A stretch of 43,788 nt of DNA, taken from IMG/VR virus record IMGVR_UViG_3300045988_166023; one strand, given 5' to 3'. The notes below the pieces were generated by a model. It was not told the DNA's origin, ran no database searches, and saw only the letters and a program-made list of their open reading frames with translations. Shown here piece after piece: positions 33,601 to 42,552 of this stretch; the stretch's first letter is position 1; every line of letters starts with the position of its first letter. A program made the position numbers and the translations under genes. Origin of the DNA: a virus.

Positions 33601-35825
33601 GCAAAATCAGTGTTGATGAGGCAATAAATCAACTGCTTAGCGGTTCTGAAGAAAAAATGGCTAAGATTAAGAAGAATGTTGAAGATATTGGAAATGGCAA
33701 GATTAAAGGGATAAATACCTCAGCTTATACTTCATCGCTTAATACAGTGAGTCAGAAAGCAAAGAGTACTGCAAAAGATACGGATAAAAGCAACAAAGAG
33801 ATTAAGAAAAATAGTAAGTTAAAAGGTACTAACAATACAGCAGCGGCTAAACAGACCTATGGCGCATATAAAACAGAAGGCGAAAAAGCAAAGAATACTG
33901 TAAAGAAGACAGGAAAAGAGATTGGAAAAGGCGGAGCAACCAGTGCGGCTTCTACAACTTCGCAGTGGAAATCTGCTGGTAGTAAAAATGCTAAGTCATA
34001 TATTTCTGGCGTAGCATCCCAAAAAGGAGCGGCTCAAAAAGCAGGAAAAACGCTATCTACTTCTGCAAAGACAGGTGCAAGTTCCGGAAAAGCCGGATTT
34101 GTGTCGGCCGGAAGAAACATGGCCGCAGGCATCGCATCTGGTATTCATTCTGGTACTCCATTTGTAACAGCAGCGGCTAGAAGTGCGGTAAGAGCAGCGG
34201 TAAAGGCGGCACAAAAGGCAGGAGAAATTAAATCACCATCCAGGGTGATGAAAAATGAGGTCGGTAAATACCTACCTCTCGGCATGGCAGCTGGCATCAA
34301 GGATAATACCGATTCTGTAGTTAATGCATCAAGAGCAATGTGTGCCTCAGCTCTAACAGCTTCTGCAGATGAACTTGATATTCATTCTCCTTCTCGGAAG
34401 TTCAAGAACATTATCGGAAAGAATATCCCGAAAGGCATTGCAAAAGGTGTAAGAGAATCTAAAAGCGAGCTTGTCGGAGAAATGGAAAGTGTTGTGAACG
34501 AAGCACTTAGTGCGGCACAAAATGCTTCTAAAAATGGAAATTATTCTGAAATAGGAAGCAATCTGCTGTCTGGATTATCTACATCGCTGAGTACATCAAA
34601 GTCTCGTTCCTCTGAAACAATACAGGAAATTATTGATCAACAGCAAGAAAGTCTATCTAATGCCAATCAGAAGAAAGAAGAGGCACTTCAAAGTAAAATT
34701 GATAAGCTAGGAAGCAAAAAGGCAAACAAGAAGAGAAAAGCCGCCTTAAAGAAAAGGCTCAAGCAGATGAAAGCTGCAGATAAGAAACAGGAATCACAGC
34801 TTAAAACGTCTGGCGAAAAGGCGGCTGCAGCATATAATGATGCCTTTGAAAAGGAAGCTTCCCGTATTACTAAGATTGCAGAAAAGAAGATACAGGAATT
34901 ATCAGAAACCTATCAGACAAAGTATAACGATATCAAGAATAGGATGGACACTCTCACAGAAAAACAGCAGTCCTGGGGGAATGTTTATGATCTGAAACAG
35001 AATATTGCAGATATTAAGAGATATCAGGAAAATTTAAAAGCCCTTGAAGGCAGAATCCCAGAGTCAATGATGAATAAGATTCTTGGGATGAATATGGATG
35101 AAGCAACAGCTTATATGGACTGGTTCAGGGGAATGACAGCAACAGAGCAGAAAGCGTATTTGAACGATTGGAATGCTATTTATTCTTCTTCAGAAACTTT
35201 TTCAAAAAACTTTTTTACCGATGACTTTGCAAAGATTCAAAAGGAATATGAGTCTGAACTGAAAAAGGCAACAGATAATCTGTATACGGAGATGAACCAG
35301 ATTGGAGCAAACATTGCAAAAGGACTTACTGCAGGAATGGACAGTGAGTCGAGAAACCTTTCTAAAGCAATGAAGAAGATCTGTAACAATCTTATAAATA
35401 CTGCCAAAAAGGAGCTGAAAATAAAATCTCCATCAAGGGTATTTAAGCGGATTGGTGTTTATAACATACAAGGAGCCGAAAAGGGACATGAAGCAGAAGC
35501 TCCGCGACTTTACCGTCAGGTTGAAAATGTATCAGAGACCCTTGCAGAGCGTTTTGCAAAGGCAAACTTAAAAGTATCTCTTCCGGATATTGCAGGTCGA
35601 ACACAAGCGGCTTTATCGAGACAGGTATCAAAAGTATCTGCAAGTATTCAGCCTCAGCTTACAGCGGCACTGGCAGGAGATGCAGGTCAGACAATTTACA
35701 ATGGACCAGAAAAGATTGAGCTTGTGACTAATCTCGACGGACGAGAAATAGCAAGAACTTCTGTGCCTTATATTGATGCGTACTTAGGAAATATGGCAGC
35801 TAGAAAAGCAAGAGGGGGCGTTTAA
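30699..35825 (+). CDS. Tail tape measure protein (1708 aa)
   Basis: TP901-type TMP core (…AGMGEVQAISGASRKDLEALTNKAKEMGATTKFSATQASEGLKYMAMAGW…), TM-like Gly/Ala segments and long coiled coils. Confidence 0.9.
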   Translation: MSADGHIEIEVELNSEKAEKELDSLSKSLEKDTAQAAKKAESSVKRSVKQIETSAKQASKQTESSAKQAGQEVKNTASSASKQVIDSAKKAEEEVKKSSKRVTEEEKKQYKEREKTRESSKPESDPSKPYKESSEKATQYWTGAGSKIKSIVSTITAATGAGAVAAGTAAINAGKSFEAGMGEVQAISGASRKDLEALTNKAKEMGATTKFSATQASEGLKYMAMAGWNSQQMIDGLPGVMNLAAASGEDLGTVSDIVTDALTAMGLKASDSAHFADVLATAASSSNTNVAMMGETFKYAAPLAGTLGYNIEDLSQAIGLMANAGIKGSQSGTSLRSILTRLASPPSDAAKAMEKYGISIKNSDGSMKSLMEVMENMRDSLQGLPEDEKAAAASALGGQEAMSGLLAIINASESDFDNLSKAIDNASGAAQDQADIMNDNLQGALYELGSAAESAGIELYDNIKNPAKKAVRAAATEIRSLSTTIKDNGIEAIIPEETITTVKNLGTTAKAVGAGGLKVLGGAAQFAGENIQTVLPVAASLLTVVKGYTVVKTISTAFAETQVAMAGASTGMTILGTVVKLFTGEALAATTATGLLSGAIGVLANPIALAVVAGGALTAGMVAYTLTQKKSTTEADKFAQSCKKLKKEQDEVASSIRSMHKDNAKNVNDVKTQGVQADNLLSKLKSLIGVQEKDAGTKQQIKSTVQQLNDILPDLNLQYDEQKDKLNQSTAAIKRNIQALKEQAMAKAYQSGMESAAEKVAEAEVANQNATEKYTEALEKKNAAQEKFDKLEKEKGLGSGNKELAKAAEDLMKYEKSLQTTEKALDKSEKNLNAANKELTTYSDKFTTQTNYSDFLSNLDKLAKDAGIKAKKIPETVLENIKAGNYKAPTTGEDLKRLINLDGLIQQAQEAGVEIPQYLLQGISDGSINFQSAINQMNTLLDFSSAAEKAGISGKEIPEELAQSIMQGKISVDEAINQLLSGSEEKMAKIKKNVEDIGNGKIKGINTSAYTSSLNTVSQKAKSTAKDTDKSNKEIKKNSKLKGTNNTAAAKQTYGAYKTEGEKAKNTVKKTGKEIGKGGATSAASTTSQWKSAGSKNAKSYISGVASQKGAAQKAGKTLSTSAKTGASSGKAGFVSAGRNMAAGIASGIHSGTPFVTAAARSAVRAAVKAAQKAGEIKSPSRVMKNEVGKYLPLGMAAGIKDNTDSVVNASRAMCASALTASADELDIHSPSRKFKNIIGKNIPKGIAKGVRESKSELVGEMESVVNEALSAAQNASKNGNYSEIGSNLLSGLSTSLSTSKSRSSETIQEIIDQQQESLSNANQKKEEALQSKIDKLGSKKANKKRKAALKKRLKQMKAADKKQESQLKTSGEKAAAAYNDAFEKEASRITKIAEKKIQELSETYQTKYNDIKNRMDTLTEKQQSWGNVYDLKQNIADIKRYQENLKALEGRIPESMMNKILGMNMDEATAYMDWFRGMTATEQKAYLNDWNAIYSSSETFSKNFFTDDFAKIQKEYESELKKATDNLYTEMNQIGANIAKGLTAGMDSESRNLSKAMKKICNNLINTAKKELKIKSPSRVFKRIGVYNIQGAEKGHEAEAPRLYRQVENVSETLAERFAKANLKVSLPDIAGRTQAALSRQVSKVSASIQPQLTAALAGDAGQTIYNGPEKIELVTNLDGREIARTSVPYIDAYLGNMAARKARGGV

Positions 35826-35826
35826 A

Positions 35827-36540
35827 ATGTACAGAGGAAGATTAGGTGTGCAGATTGGAAACAAGCATACCCTTAAGGACTGGGGACTTGGTTGGACAAA
35901 AATTACTCTTGGTTTTCCAGAGGCAAAAACGTATGAGCAGGATATTCCGGGAATGGACGGAGTGTTGGATTTTACGGAATCTCTTACTGGAGGGGATGTG
36001 AAATACAAAATCAGAACCCTTACTCTTGAATTTGAAACCCCTGAACAGGACTATTACGATTGGAGTATTAGAATTTCAGAGATAGCAAATTACTTGGCCG
36101 GAAGAAAATATAAGATAATCCTAGATAATGACCCGGATTTTTATTATATTGGAAGGCTAAATGTTGAAGTCGAAAAATCAGACAGGGTAGAAGGAACTCT
36201 TATTTTGTCTGGAAGTGTTGCTCCATATAAATATGAAAAGTTTTCTAGTCTTGAAAACTGGGAGTGGGATACTTTTAATTTTAGAACAGGAATCATCCGA
36301 AATTATAAAGATATTTCCGTAGATGGTACATACAAACTTGTTATACCTGGCAGGAGAAAAAGAATCGTGCCGGTAATCTCCTGTGATGCAGCTATACAGG
36401 TATCTTACGAAGGAGTAACTTATGATCTTTCACCTGGCAAAAACAAAGTTTTTGGTATCTGTATCAAAGAAGGAAAGAATATTCTTACTTTTTCCGGAAC
36501 GGCAACCATTTCGGTTGATTATAGAGGAGGAGTATTGTAA
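35827..36540 (+). CDS. Distal tail protein (Dit)
   Basis: 237 aa, immediately after the TMP, as is canonical for siphoviruses. Confidence 0.65.
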   Translation: MYRGRLGVQIGNKHTLKDWGLGWTKITLGFPEAKTYEQDIPGMDGVLDFTESLTGGDVKYKIRTLTLEFETPEQDYYDWSIRISEIANYLAGRKYKIILDNDPDFYYIGRLNVEVEKSDRVEGTLILSGSVAPYKYEKFSSLENWEWDTFNFRTGIIRNYKDISVDGTYKLVIPGRRKRIVPVISCDAAIQVSYEGVTYDLSPGKNKVFGICIKEGKNILTFSGTATISVDYRGGVL

Positions 36541-37931
36541 TGTATCGTATTTATTGTGATGATAAAACGTTGCATGATGTGCGGGATGAAGAATATCAAC
36601 TTATAGCTCCAAAAATTTCATTAGAACTTAATAAGACAGGAAGTTTTGAGTTTGGAATGCTTCCATCTCATCCTCATGCAAACGATATAAAGAAATTAAA
36701 ATCTCGATTAAAAGTATATGACGTTGACGTATCAGATAGTGGGGAGGCTTCAAGATTACTATATTGTGGCCGTTCCATTACTGATCAGCGAGACTTTGAA
36801 TATACTGGTCAGATTACATGTGAAGGTGAGTTATCTTATTTGCTCGACACGATTCAGCGGCCGCATACTTACGGAAGCCAGTCAGGAGAAATCCATAAAG
36901 CGGATACTAATATTGCAATCTTCAAGCGTTTGATAGAAGAGCATAACTCTCAGGTAGAAAAAGAAAAGCAGTTTGAAATAGGAATTGTTGATATTGATTC
37001 AGTAGAAATCAAAACTTTGGCGACAAACTATGAAACTACCTGGGATTTTATTAATACGAATTTCCTTGAAAAATACGAAGGTTATCTTAGGGTGCGCTAT
37101 GAAAATAATGTTCGTTACCTTGACTATGTGAAGCAATACGGAAAAGTCAGTACGCAGGTAATCCGATTCGGAGAAAATCTTCTTGATTTTCAGAAGTATG
37201 TAAAAGCAGAAGACATTAAAACGGCAATTATTCCAATTGGAGCAAACAATGTAACTATAAAGACGGCAAGCGGGCACGATGGAAAGGATTATGTTTTTAA
37301 CCAGGAGGCGGTAAATCTTTACGGTTGGATATATAGTAAAGTAGATTTTTCGGATATTACCGACCCGAATACCCTTTTAGAAAAAGCACAGGAATATCTT
37401 AAAAAGAGTATCAATCTTGCGATAACTATCGAGCTGACGGCGGTAGATTTGCATATGGTAGATGTTGATATTGATTCTATCGGGCTGGGAGATTTCATTC
37501 CTTGCGTATCGCAGTATCATGGATTACTTAGTACACTTGGTGATGTATCAACTTATTATCTTGTCAGTAAATACGAGATAGATCTTGAAAATCCGGCAAA
37601 TACGAAAATCACATTAGGTAAAACTTTATCAGTGTTATCAGAAAAGATGGCTTCCAATGCAAACCTTAAAAGTGACATTCGGACAGTGGCAAGCAGCATG
37701 GAGGGGATTAAAGGAACCTCAAAGGAAGCCTATGACAAATCGGTGGAGGCAATGAAGGTAGCACAGGGAATTACCTTTGACACAATCTACCCCATCGGTA
37801 GCATCTATATGAGCGTAAACGATATAAACCCAACAGAACTCTTTGGTGGCAAATGGGAACTATTAAGTAAAAGTGAAACCATTCCCATTTATTACATGTG
37901 GGAAAGAAAGGAGGATGACGTTGATAAATGA
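36540..37931 (+). CDS. Tail-associated (Tal-like) minor structural protein
   Basis: 463 aa, following Dit. The C-terminal motif is YPIGSIYMSVNDINPTELFGGKWELL. Confidence 0.6.
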   Translation: MYRIYCDDKTLHDVRDEEYQLIAPKISLELNKTGSFEFGMLPSHPHANDIKKLKSRLKVYDVDVSDSGEASRLLYCGRSITDQRDFEYTGQITCEGELSYLLDTIQRPHTYGSQSGEIHKADTNIAIFKRLIEEHNSQVEKEKQFEIGIVDIDSVEIKTLATNYETTWDFINTNFLEKYEGYLRVRYENNVRYLDYVKQYGKVSTQVIRFGENLLDFQKYVKAEDIKTAIIPIGANNVTIKTASGHDGKDYVFNQEAVNLYGWIYSKVDFSDITDPNTLLEKAQEYLKKSINLAITIELTAVDLHMVDVDIDSIGLGDFIPCVSQYHGLLSTLGDVSTYYLVSKYEIDLENPANTKITLGKTLSVLSEKMASNANLKSDIRTVASSMEGIKGTSKEAYDKSVEAMKVAQGITFDTIYPIGSIYMSVNDINPTELFGGKWELLSKSETIPIYYMWERKEDDVDK

Positions 37932-39252
37932 TTTATTGAAAAAGATAAAAGAAGCTATCTATGGGGAAGAAGTCCGTAACAGTATACATGATGCGATAGA
38001 ACAGTGCTACAAAGATGCGACTGGGCATCCGGAAAGTGTAGCGGCAACAGTCAAGGAAATCGGAGAGGTATCTGCAAATCTATCAAAAGAACGAAAGCGG
38101 ATTGATAATCTAATTGCAACCGGCACTGCGCAAACACAGGAAATCGGGAAAGTTATAGCGACAACATCGGAGAATGGGGCAAAGATAGCGATGGACTATT
38201 TGTCAGAAGAAGTTACATGCAAAAAAGTGTTTACTGATGTAACTTTTCAAGATTTTAATTTTTTTATTGTTGCTTTGGGCACCCCAAAGGGAGATGTTGC
38301 AAAGATATTAAAGCCGGGCTTATATCACATGAAATTTTGTGTTAAGGTAAGTAAAGATAGTGGACTGCCAGAAATACCAATGAAAATTATGCTCAACAGT
38401 TCTACTTCGCCAGACAAAGGCTACGTGACACTTAAAAGAGAATATTTTGTGTTTCCGCAAACAGAATCGAAAAGAAACATGAGAAATGTAGAATTCGTAT
38501 TCGCTATAACGGAGCCTACATATATTACAATATCAGTAATAAGCGTTGCTGATGGTCAGGGAACTTTTGGTTTTAGCATAAGCGATTGTGCAATTACTGC
38601 CCTTGACTGGAAAGGCAAGCAGTCAGCAGACTTGTCCGAATTACATGATTTGCGTATAGAAGCAGGTGGAAGGAAACACGATACTGCAAAAGAAGCAATC
38701 AATGACCAGTTGAACGAAATCCATCAACAGATTGATGCAGTTGGAATAGCGAAAAATCTATTTATTAATATTCATGTGGAAAGAGTTAGAAATGGAATTA
38801 CTGTAAACATGGATGGGCATAAAATTAGCATATTCGGCACAGCAACAGGAGACGAATCGCTTACTCTTATAGCGGGAGAAATATCAGAATCAGGCTTAGA
38901 AACTGGAAGAAAATATTTTGTATACGGTCTTCCGACAGATGCATTTGCAAAATTTCAGTTAAAAGATAAAACCATCAAAGAAGTATTACTAGAAAATAAT
39001 TCTTTTACGATTCCAGAAGATGCAATTCAACTTGCATTTGCGATAAATGTGAAGAAAGGCGATGCATTAGATTATACAGGAGTATTGAGGGTGTATGAAA
39101 AAATTTATAAGGGCTCGTTTCAAGAGCAAATTGATACACTCAATGAGCAAATTAACGCAATGCAGCAGATCATCACAAAAATTGTCACAGCACCTACGTT
39201 GACCGCAGACACAAACGGTAACTTACAAATTACAGAGAACGAGGAGGGATAG
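37915..39252 (+). CDS. Tail/baseplate structural protein
   Basis: AAAGGAGG precedes ATG 37915 / TTG 37921. The N-terminus LINDLLKKIKEAIYGEEVRNSIHDAI is common in Firmicutes phage fibre or baseplate proteins. Confidence 0.55.
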   Translation: MTLINDLLKKIKEAIYGEEVRNSIHDAIEQCYKDATGHPESVAATVKEIGEVSANLSKERKRIDNLIATGTAQTQEIGKVIATTSENGAKIAMDYLSEEVTCKKVFTDVTFQDFNFFIVALGTPKGDVAKILKPGLYHMKFCVKVSKDSGLPEIPMKIMLNSSTSPDKGYVTLKREYFVFPQTESKRNMRNVEFVFAITEPTYITISVISVADGQGTFGFSISDCAITALDWKGKQSADLSELHDLRIEAGGRKHDTAKEAINDQLNEIHQQIDAVGIAKNLFINIHVERVRNGITVNMDGHKISIFGTATGDESLTLIAGEISESGLETGRKYFVYGLPTDAFAKFQLKDKTIKEVLLENNSFTIPEDAIQLAFAINVKKGDALDYTGVLRVYEKIYKGSFQEQIDTLNEQINAMQQIITKIVTAPTLTADTNGNLQITENEEG

Positions 39253-39253
39253 G

Positions 39254-39967
39254 ATGCAACCGATTCTGAAATTTGTTGTAAACAATCAGATTATCGAGCG
39301 GACAGATACATTTGTGCCAGTCCGAAGCAGCAAAAATTATCTCTACGCGGAATTTGATTTTCAGACAGACGACTGGAATGGCAAAAGCAAAACAGTCCTG
39401 TTCCGGAGCGGAGATAATGACCCTGTGCCGGTATTACTTGGCGAAACGAATACTTGTATTGTACCCGTGGAAGTGCTTGTAGGAGCGTCTTTCAGCGTGT
39501 CAATTGTCGCGGGTAATCTTATTACTGCAAATATGGTTATAGTTAAACTGTATGAGTCAGGATACCGACAGGGCGATATTCCAGAACCGTCACAAACTTT
39601 ATACGAGCAGTTAATGACAGCATTTGACGATACGAAACAAACAGTAATTGATAGCGCAAAAACAGCGGAATCATGGGCACATGGTCACGCAGAATATCCT
39701 GATCGGCAGAAAGACAATGCTGCATATTATGCAGAACAGGCCAGGAATGCAGCGGAAGAAGTACCGGGGCGAGTCACAAAAGGAAAAGAAGAAATAGACA
39801 ATTATGTTAAGCAGAAAGAGGTAGAACTAAAGGGAGAAACAGGAAATGTCTACTTTGCCGGATTTGCAGTTGTAAAAGGCCGACTAAAAATGTATTCAGA
39901 CCCCACTGTGGATAAGGTACGTTTTCGCCGGGAAGGTAGCCGTTTAAAATATAGGTTAGCATTATAG
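39254..39967 (+). CDS. Tail/baseplate-associated protein
   Basis: GAGGAGGG SD; 237-aa ORF in the fibre module. Confidence 0.5.
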   Translation: MQPILKFVVNNQIIERTDTFVPVRSSKNYLYAEFDFQTDDWNGKSKTVLFRSGDNDPVPVLLGETNTCIVPVEVLVGASFSVSIVAGNLITANMVIVKLYESGYRQGDIPEPSQTLYEQLMTAFDDTKQTVIDSAKTAESWAHGHAEYPDRQKDNAAYYAEQARNAAEEVPGRVTKGKEEIDNYVKQKEVELKGETGNVYFAGFAVVKGRLKMYSDPTVDKVRFRREGSRLKYRLAL

Positions 39968-39987
39968 GTTGAAAGGAAGGCGAGAAG

Positions 39988-41199
39988 ATGCAGACAGAAA
40001 ATACATATGTTGAAACCGATTTGGGCAATATTGCACTAAATCCCAGAGGCGAGTATTCGGGTGAGGCATCGTATGAGTATTTAGATACCGTTTCGTATAT
40101 GGGCGGCTCATATGTGTGTCTTGCAGAACTGACAAAAACCATCAGCGGAATTGCACCGGAAGAAGGCAAAAATACGGAACACTGGCAGATGCTGACCTTG
40201 CCGGGCGGATTAACGTCAGACTACATCGCAATGCATGACGATGTAGTCAACAAGGCAAAGCAGGTTGAAACATCCAGGGCGGCTGTAGAGCTGTCTCAGC
40301 AGGAAGTTGAAGACGCACAGGCAGATGTGAGCCAGATGCGGCAGGCTACGCAAGAAGCATCCGAGGAGGCTGCTGCAAGCCGGGACAGTGCGGCAGGCTA
40401 CGCTCGGTCAGCAGAGGCATCAAGGACGGCAGCAGCGGAATCTGAACAGAATATCAACGCGCAGGTAACTGGCTTTGATACACATGTTGCAGAGAAAATC
40501 TCTGCAGCAGAGTCGACAGTTGAAGAAGCGAGAAAAAAAGCTATTGATGCAATTACGACACAGCAGGATACGTCTACGAAAGCGGTTACAGATGAGGGAA
40601 CAACACAGACAAAAATGGTCGGAGGTGCAGGCAATACAGCAGTTAGTGCTGTAGCAAAACAACAGGCAGCATCCGTACAGGCGGTAGAAGATGCTGGGAC
40701 AGCACAGGTAACAGCAATTGAGAGTGCTGGTAATGAACAGATAACGGAAGTTAATAAAGCCGGCACTACGCAAGTGGAAAATGTTGAAGAAGCAGGAAAT
40801 CAGCAGAATGTAATCCTTACCGAAGCGGCAGCGCAGGAATTGATTAAGTTGCAGGAAGTCGCAAAACAGTTTGCCGAAGACCATGAGCAAATTGAGACGA
40901 ATAAAGGTAATATAACTACACTGACGGAGAAAAAAATCCAAGCGTGGTTTCCAGGAAAAACTACAGAGGATTCAACAATTACTACTAAAGAGAGTGCTTT
41001 AAGCGATACGGCAGGCAATACGATTCTTGACCTCGCAGGAAATGAGATCGGAACAACTGTTGAAGTAGTAGTTCCCAAACCCCCGTATTATTTGGGAGAC
41101 CTTTGGATAGCTGACGATGCAATATATATTTGTACAACAGCACAAGAAACAGGAAAATTTAGATTATTCGACTGGTTAAAGATTTTAGAAAGGAAGTAA
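39988..41199 (+). CDS. Tail fibre shaft protein with 11-residue A-G-x-x-Q repeats
   Basis: Ala/Glu/Thr/Gln-rich. It has phased repeats AVEDAGTAQVT / AIESAGNEQIT / EVNKAGTTQVE / NVEEAGNQQNV. It sits directly upstream of the variable tip gene. Confidence 0.6.
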   Translation: MQTENTYVETDLGNIALNPRGEYSGEASYEYLDTVSYMGGSYVCLAELTKTISGIAPEEGKNTEHWQMLTLPGGLTSDYIAMHDDVVNKAKQVETSRAAVELSQQEVEDAQADVSQMRQATQEASEEAAASRDSAAGYARSAEASRTAAAESEQNINAQVTGFDTHVAEKISAAESTVEEARKKAIDAITTQQDTSTKAVTDEGTTQTKMVGGAGNTAVSAVAKQQAASVQAVEDAGTAQVTAIESAGNEQITEVNKAGTTQVENVEEAGNQQNVILTEAAAQELIKLQEVAKQFAEDHEQIETNKGNITTLTEKKIQAWFPGKTTEDSTITTKESALSDTAGNTILDLAGNEIGTTVEVVVPKPPYYLGDLWIADDAIYICTTAQETGKFRLFDWLKILERK

Positions 41200-41205
41200 T
41201 AGATT

Positions 41206-41682
41206 ATGGCAAATTGGAAAGAATACACAACAAAAACGACACCAGAAGATGCAGATGAGATTGTGATTGCCGACACCAAGGCAAATGCAAATAAGAGAAC
41301 CCCATTCAGCGGATTATGGAACTGGATTGCAAATAAATTAGCAACTGCAGTAATCTCGCAGTTAGAGACTCAAAACAAGTCAATTATTCCGGCTCTCAAT
41401 GAATTAAATAGTAAGCGTCTTAGGGCATATACACTTAAAGCAAACTCTACTCTGACTATCGAATTAGAGTACGACACTTGTTATTTTCTTGTTACAACAG
41501 GAATAAGCAATAATGATATACCTCCTTTAACAACAAATGTGTATACAGTTACGGTAGCAGCCAAAACACGAAGCAGTGATGTCTCTATCATTCATTCGGA
41601 TATTAGCAACATCGAGGTTTCAATCGAAGGAAATAAATTAACTTTGTGTAGCACCGCATGGAAGAAAATCTTCATTAAATAG
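41206..41682 (+). CDS. Phase-variable tail-fibre tip protein: constant N-terminus (aa 1-70) currently fused to cassette A
   Basis: GAAAGGAAG SD. Codons 67-70, L-N-S-K (tta aat agt aag), contain the shufflon core at 41406..41415. The C-terminal 88 aa are paralogous to the inverted cassette b'. Confidence 0.8.
   Translation: MANWKEYTTKTTPEDADEIVIADTKANANKRTPFSGLWNWIANKLATAVISQLETQNKSIIPALNELNSKRLRAYTLKANSTLTIELEYDTCYFLVTTGISNNDIPPLTTNVYTVTVAAKTRSSDVSIIHSDISNIEVSIEGNKLTLCSTAWKKIFIK
41406..41415 (+). repeat. Shufflon core site AAATAGTAAG at the expression junction
   Basis: Exact 10-mer in frame inside the fibre gene, at the boundary between the constant and variable parts. Confidence 0.8.
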
Positions 41683-41686
41683 TAAG
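41677..41686 (+). repeat. Shufflon core site AAATAGTAAG
   Basis: Exact 10-mer. It contains the TAG stop of cassette A (41680..41682). Confidence 0.8.
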
Positions 41687-41974
41687 CCATTCATGATACG
41701 TCTTCCTGTGTCTGTAAGCTTGCAGGATACCATTGCCACAATATCAATTGATATTGCCGATGCTGAACGAGGTGTAATTATTCTCACTGGTCGTTTCGGT
41801 GGAGAAATTTATTTTTCCTCAATTATCAACTATGGCTCAACATGGGACGTAAAGCAGGTGGTCTTCGCCGGTAGCAACACCATTAAAAATGAGCAAAACA
41901 AAAAAGTTCTTACCATAACCAGCGCAAAAGCTATTTCCAGCAAATATGAGGTCAATGCACTATTGATTAAATAG
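41687..41974 (+). CDS. Silent tail-fibre C-terminal cassette B (95 codons)
   Basis: Open in the AAT-AGT-AAG frame of core 41677 (NSK|PFMIRLPVSV...NALLIK). There is no SD before the internal ATG 41693. Confidence 0.6.
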   Translation, partial: PFMIRLPVSVSLQDTIATISIDIADAERGVIILTGRFGGEIYFSSIINYGSTWDVKQVVFAGSNTIKNEQNKKVLTITSAKAISSKYEVNALLIK

Positions 41975-41978
41975 TAAT
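41969..41978 (+). repeat. Shufflon core site, variant AAATAGTAAT
   Basis: 9/10 match to the core. It contains the TAG stop of cassette B. Confidence 0.7.
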
Positions 41979-42224
41979 GCTGTACCTAAAAAGCTTTTGT
42001 TTGAACATACGTCAATCGAGGCAACTTATAAAGAAGCTAAAGTAGGGATAAGTTTTTGTAAAGCACAAGGAGCATCAGATTTTCCGCTTCCTAACCCATT
42101 AACATTAATAATTAACGTAAAGAGCGGGGAAGAATGGGGAATGCAATACGCATTGACTTCGGTAGGAAAAATCTTTACTCGTCCAGTTAACAATGGTGTT
42201 TTTACTGACTGGATTCAAGTTTAA
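41979..42224 (+). CDS. Silent tail-fibre C-terminal cassette C (81 codons)
   Basis: Open in the core frame (NSN|AVPKKLLFEHTS...GVFTDWIQV). There is no ATG or SD. Confidence 0.6.
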   Translation, partial: AVPKKLLFEHTSIEATYKEAKVGISFCKAQGASDFPLPNPLTLIINVKSGEEWGMQYALTSVGKIFTRPVNNGVFTDWIQV

Positions 42225-42232
42225 ATAGTAAG
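42223..42232 (+). repeat. Shufflon core site AAATAGTAAG
   Basis: Exact 10-mer overlapping the TAA stop of cassette C. Confidence 0.8.
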
Positions 42233-42475
42233 GCTACATCGAAGGTAATAACCGCTGAAAATCTTGAGAAGGAATTCGCAAATTTCCCGAGCAATAGTAT
42301 CTCTTTTTTACAGTGTCAAAGCGCTATTGATAATCCTCGAAAGGGAATGCTAGCTTTATGCATAAACTACAAAACTTCACCAGCTTGGGGTTTTCAATAT
42401 TTATTTTCGTATAGTAACATTTACTTTCGGAACATTGGGAATGGAACATTTGGCGATTGGCAACAAATCAAATAA
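42233..42475 (+). CDS. Silent tail-fibre C-terminal cassette D (80 codons; absent from the ORF track)
   Basis: Hand translation in the core frame: NSK|ATSKVITAENLEKEFANFPSNSISFLQCQSAIDNPRKGMLALCINYKTSPAWGFQYLFSYSNIYFRNIGNGTFGDWQQIK, then stop. It shares the G-x-F-x-DW tail with C, c' and d'. Confidence 0.6.
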   Translation, partial: ATSKVITAENLEKEFANFPSNSISFLQCQSAIDNPRKGMLALCINYKTSPAWGFQYLFSYSNIYFRNIGNGTFGDWQQIK

Positions 42476-42494
42476 ATTTTCCTCTTCCCATTTA
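42473..42494 (-). repeat. Variant crossover-like site / inverted-repeat arm (partner 43670..43691 = 1..22)
   Basis: TAAATTTTCCTCTTCCCATTTA matches the reverse complement of 1..22 at 21/22 positions. It contains CTTCCCATTTA, the reverse complement of TAAATGGGAAG. It starts at the stop codon of cassette D. Confidence 0.7.
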
Positions 42495-42517
42495 ATTGAT
42501 TTGTGAACAAAGCACTT

Positions 42518-42541
42518 CTTATGGCAAAATTAAGCCATAGG
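42518..42541 (+). promoter_or_regulatory. Hairpin sequestering part of the recombinase SD
   Basis: CTTATGGC / GCCATAGG stem (8 bp including one G-U pair) with an 8-nt loop. Its 3' arm overlaps the GGAGG at 42540..42544. Confidence 0.35.
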
Positions 42542-42552
42542 AGGTGCTTATT

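Noticed and set aside
41206-42475. A diversity-generating retroelement (DGR) as the source of fibre variability
   Set aside because: There is no reverse transcriptase gene and no template/variable repeat pair with adenine-specific differences. Variation is organised as discrete cassettes bounded by a conserved core, next to a recombinase.
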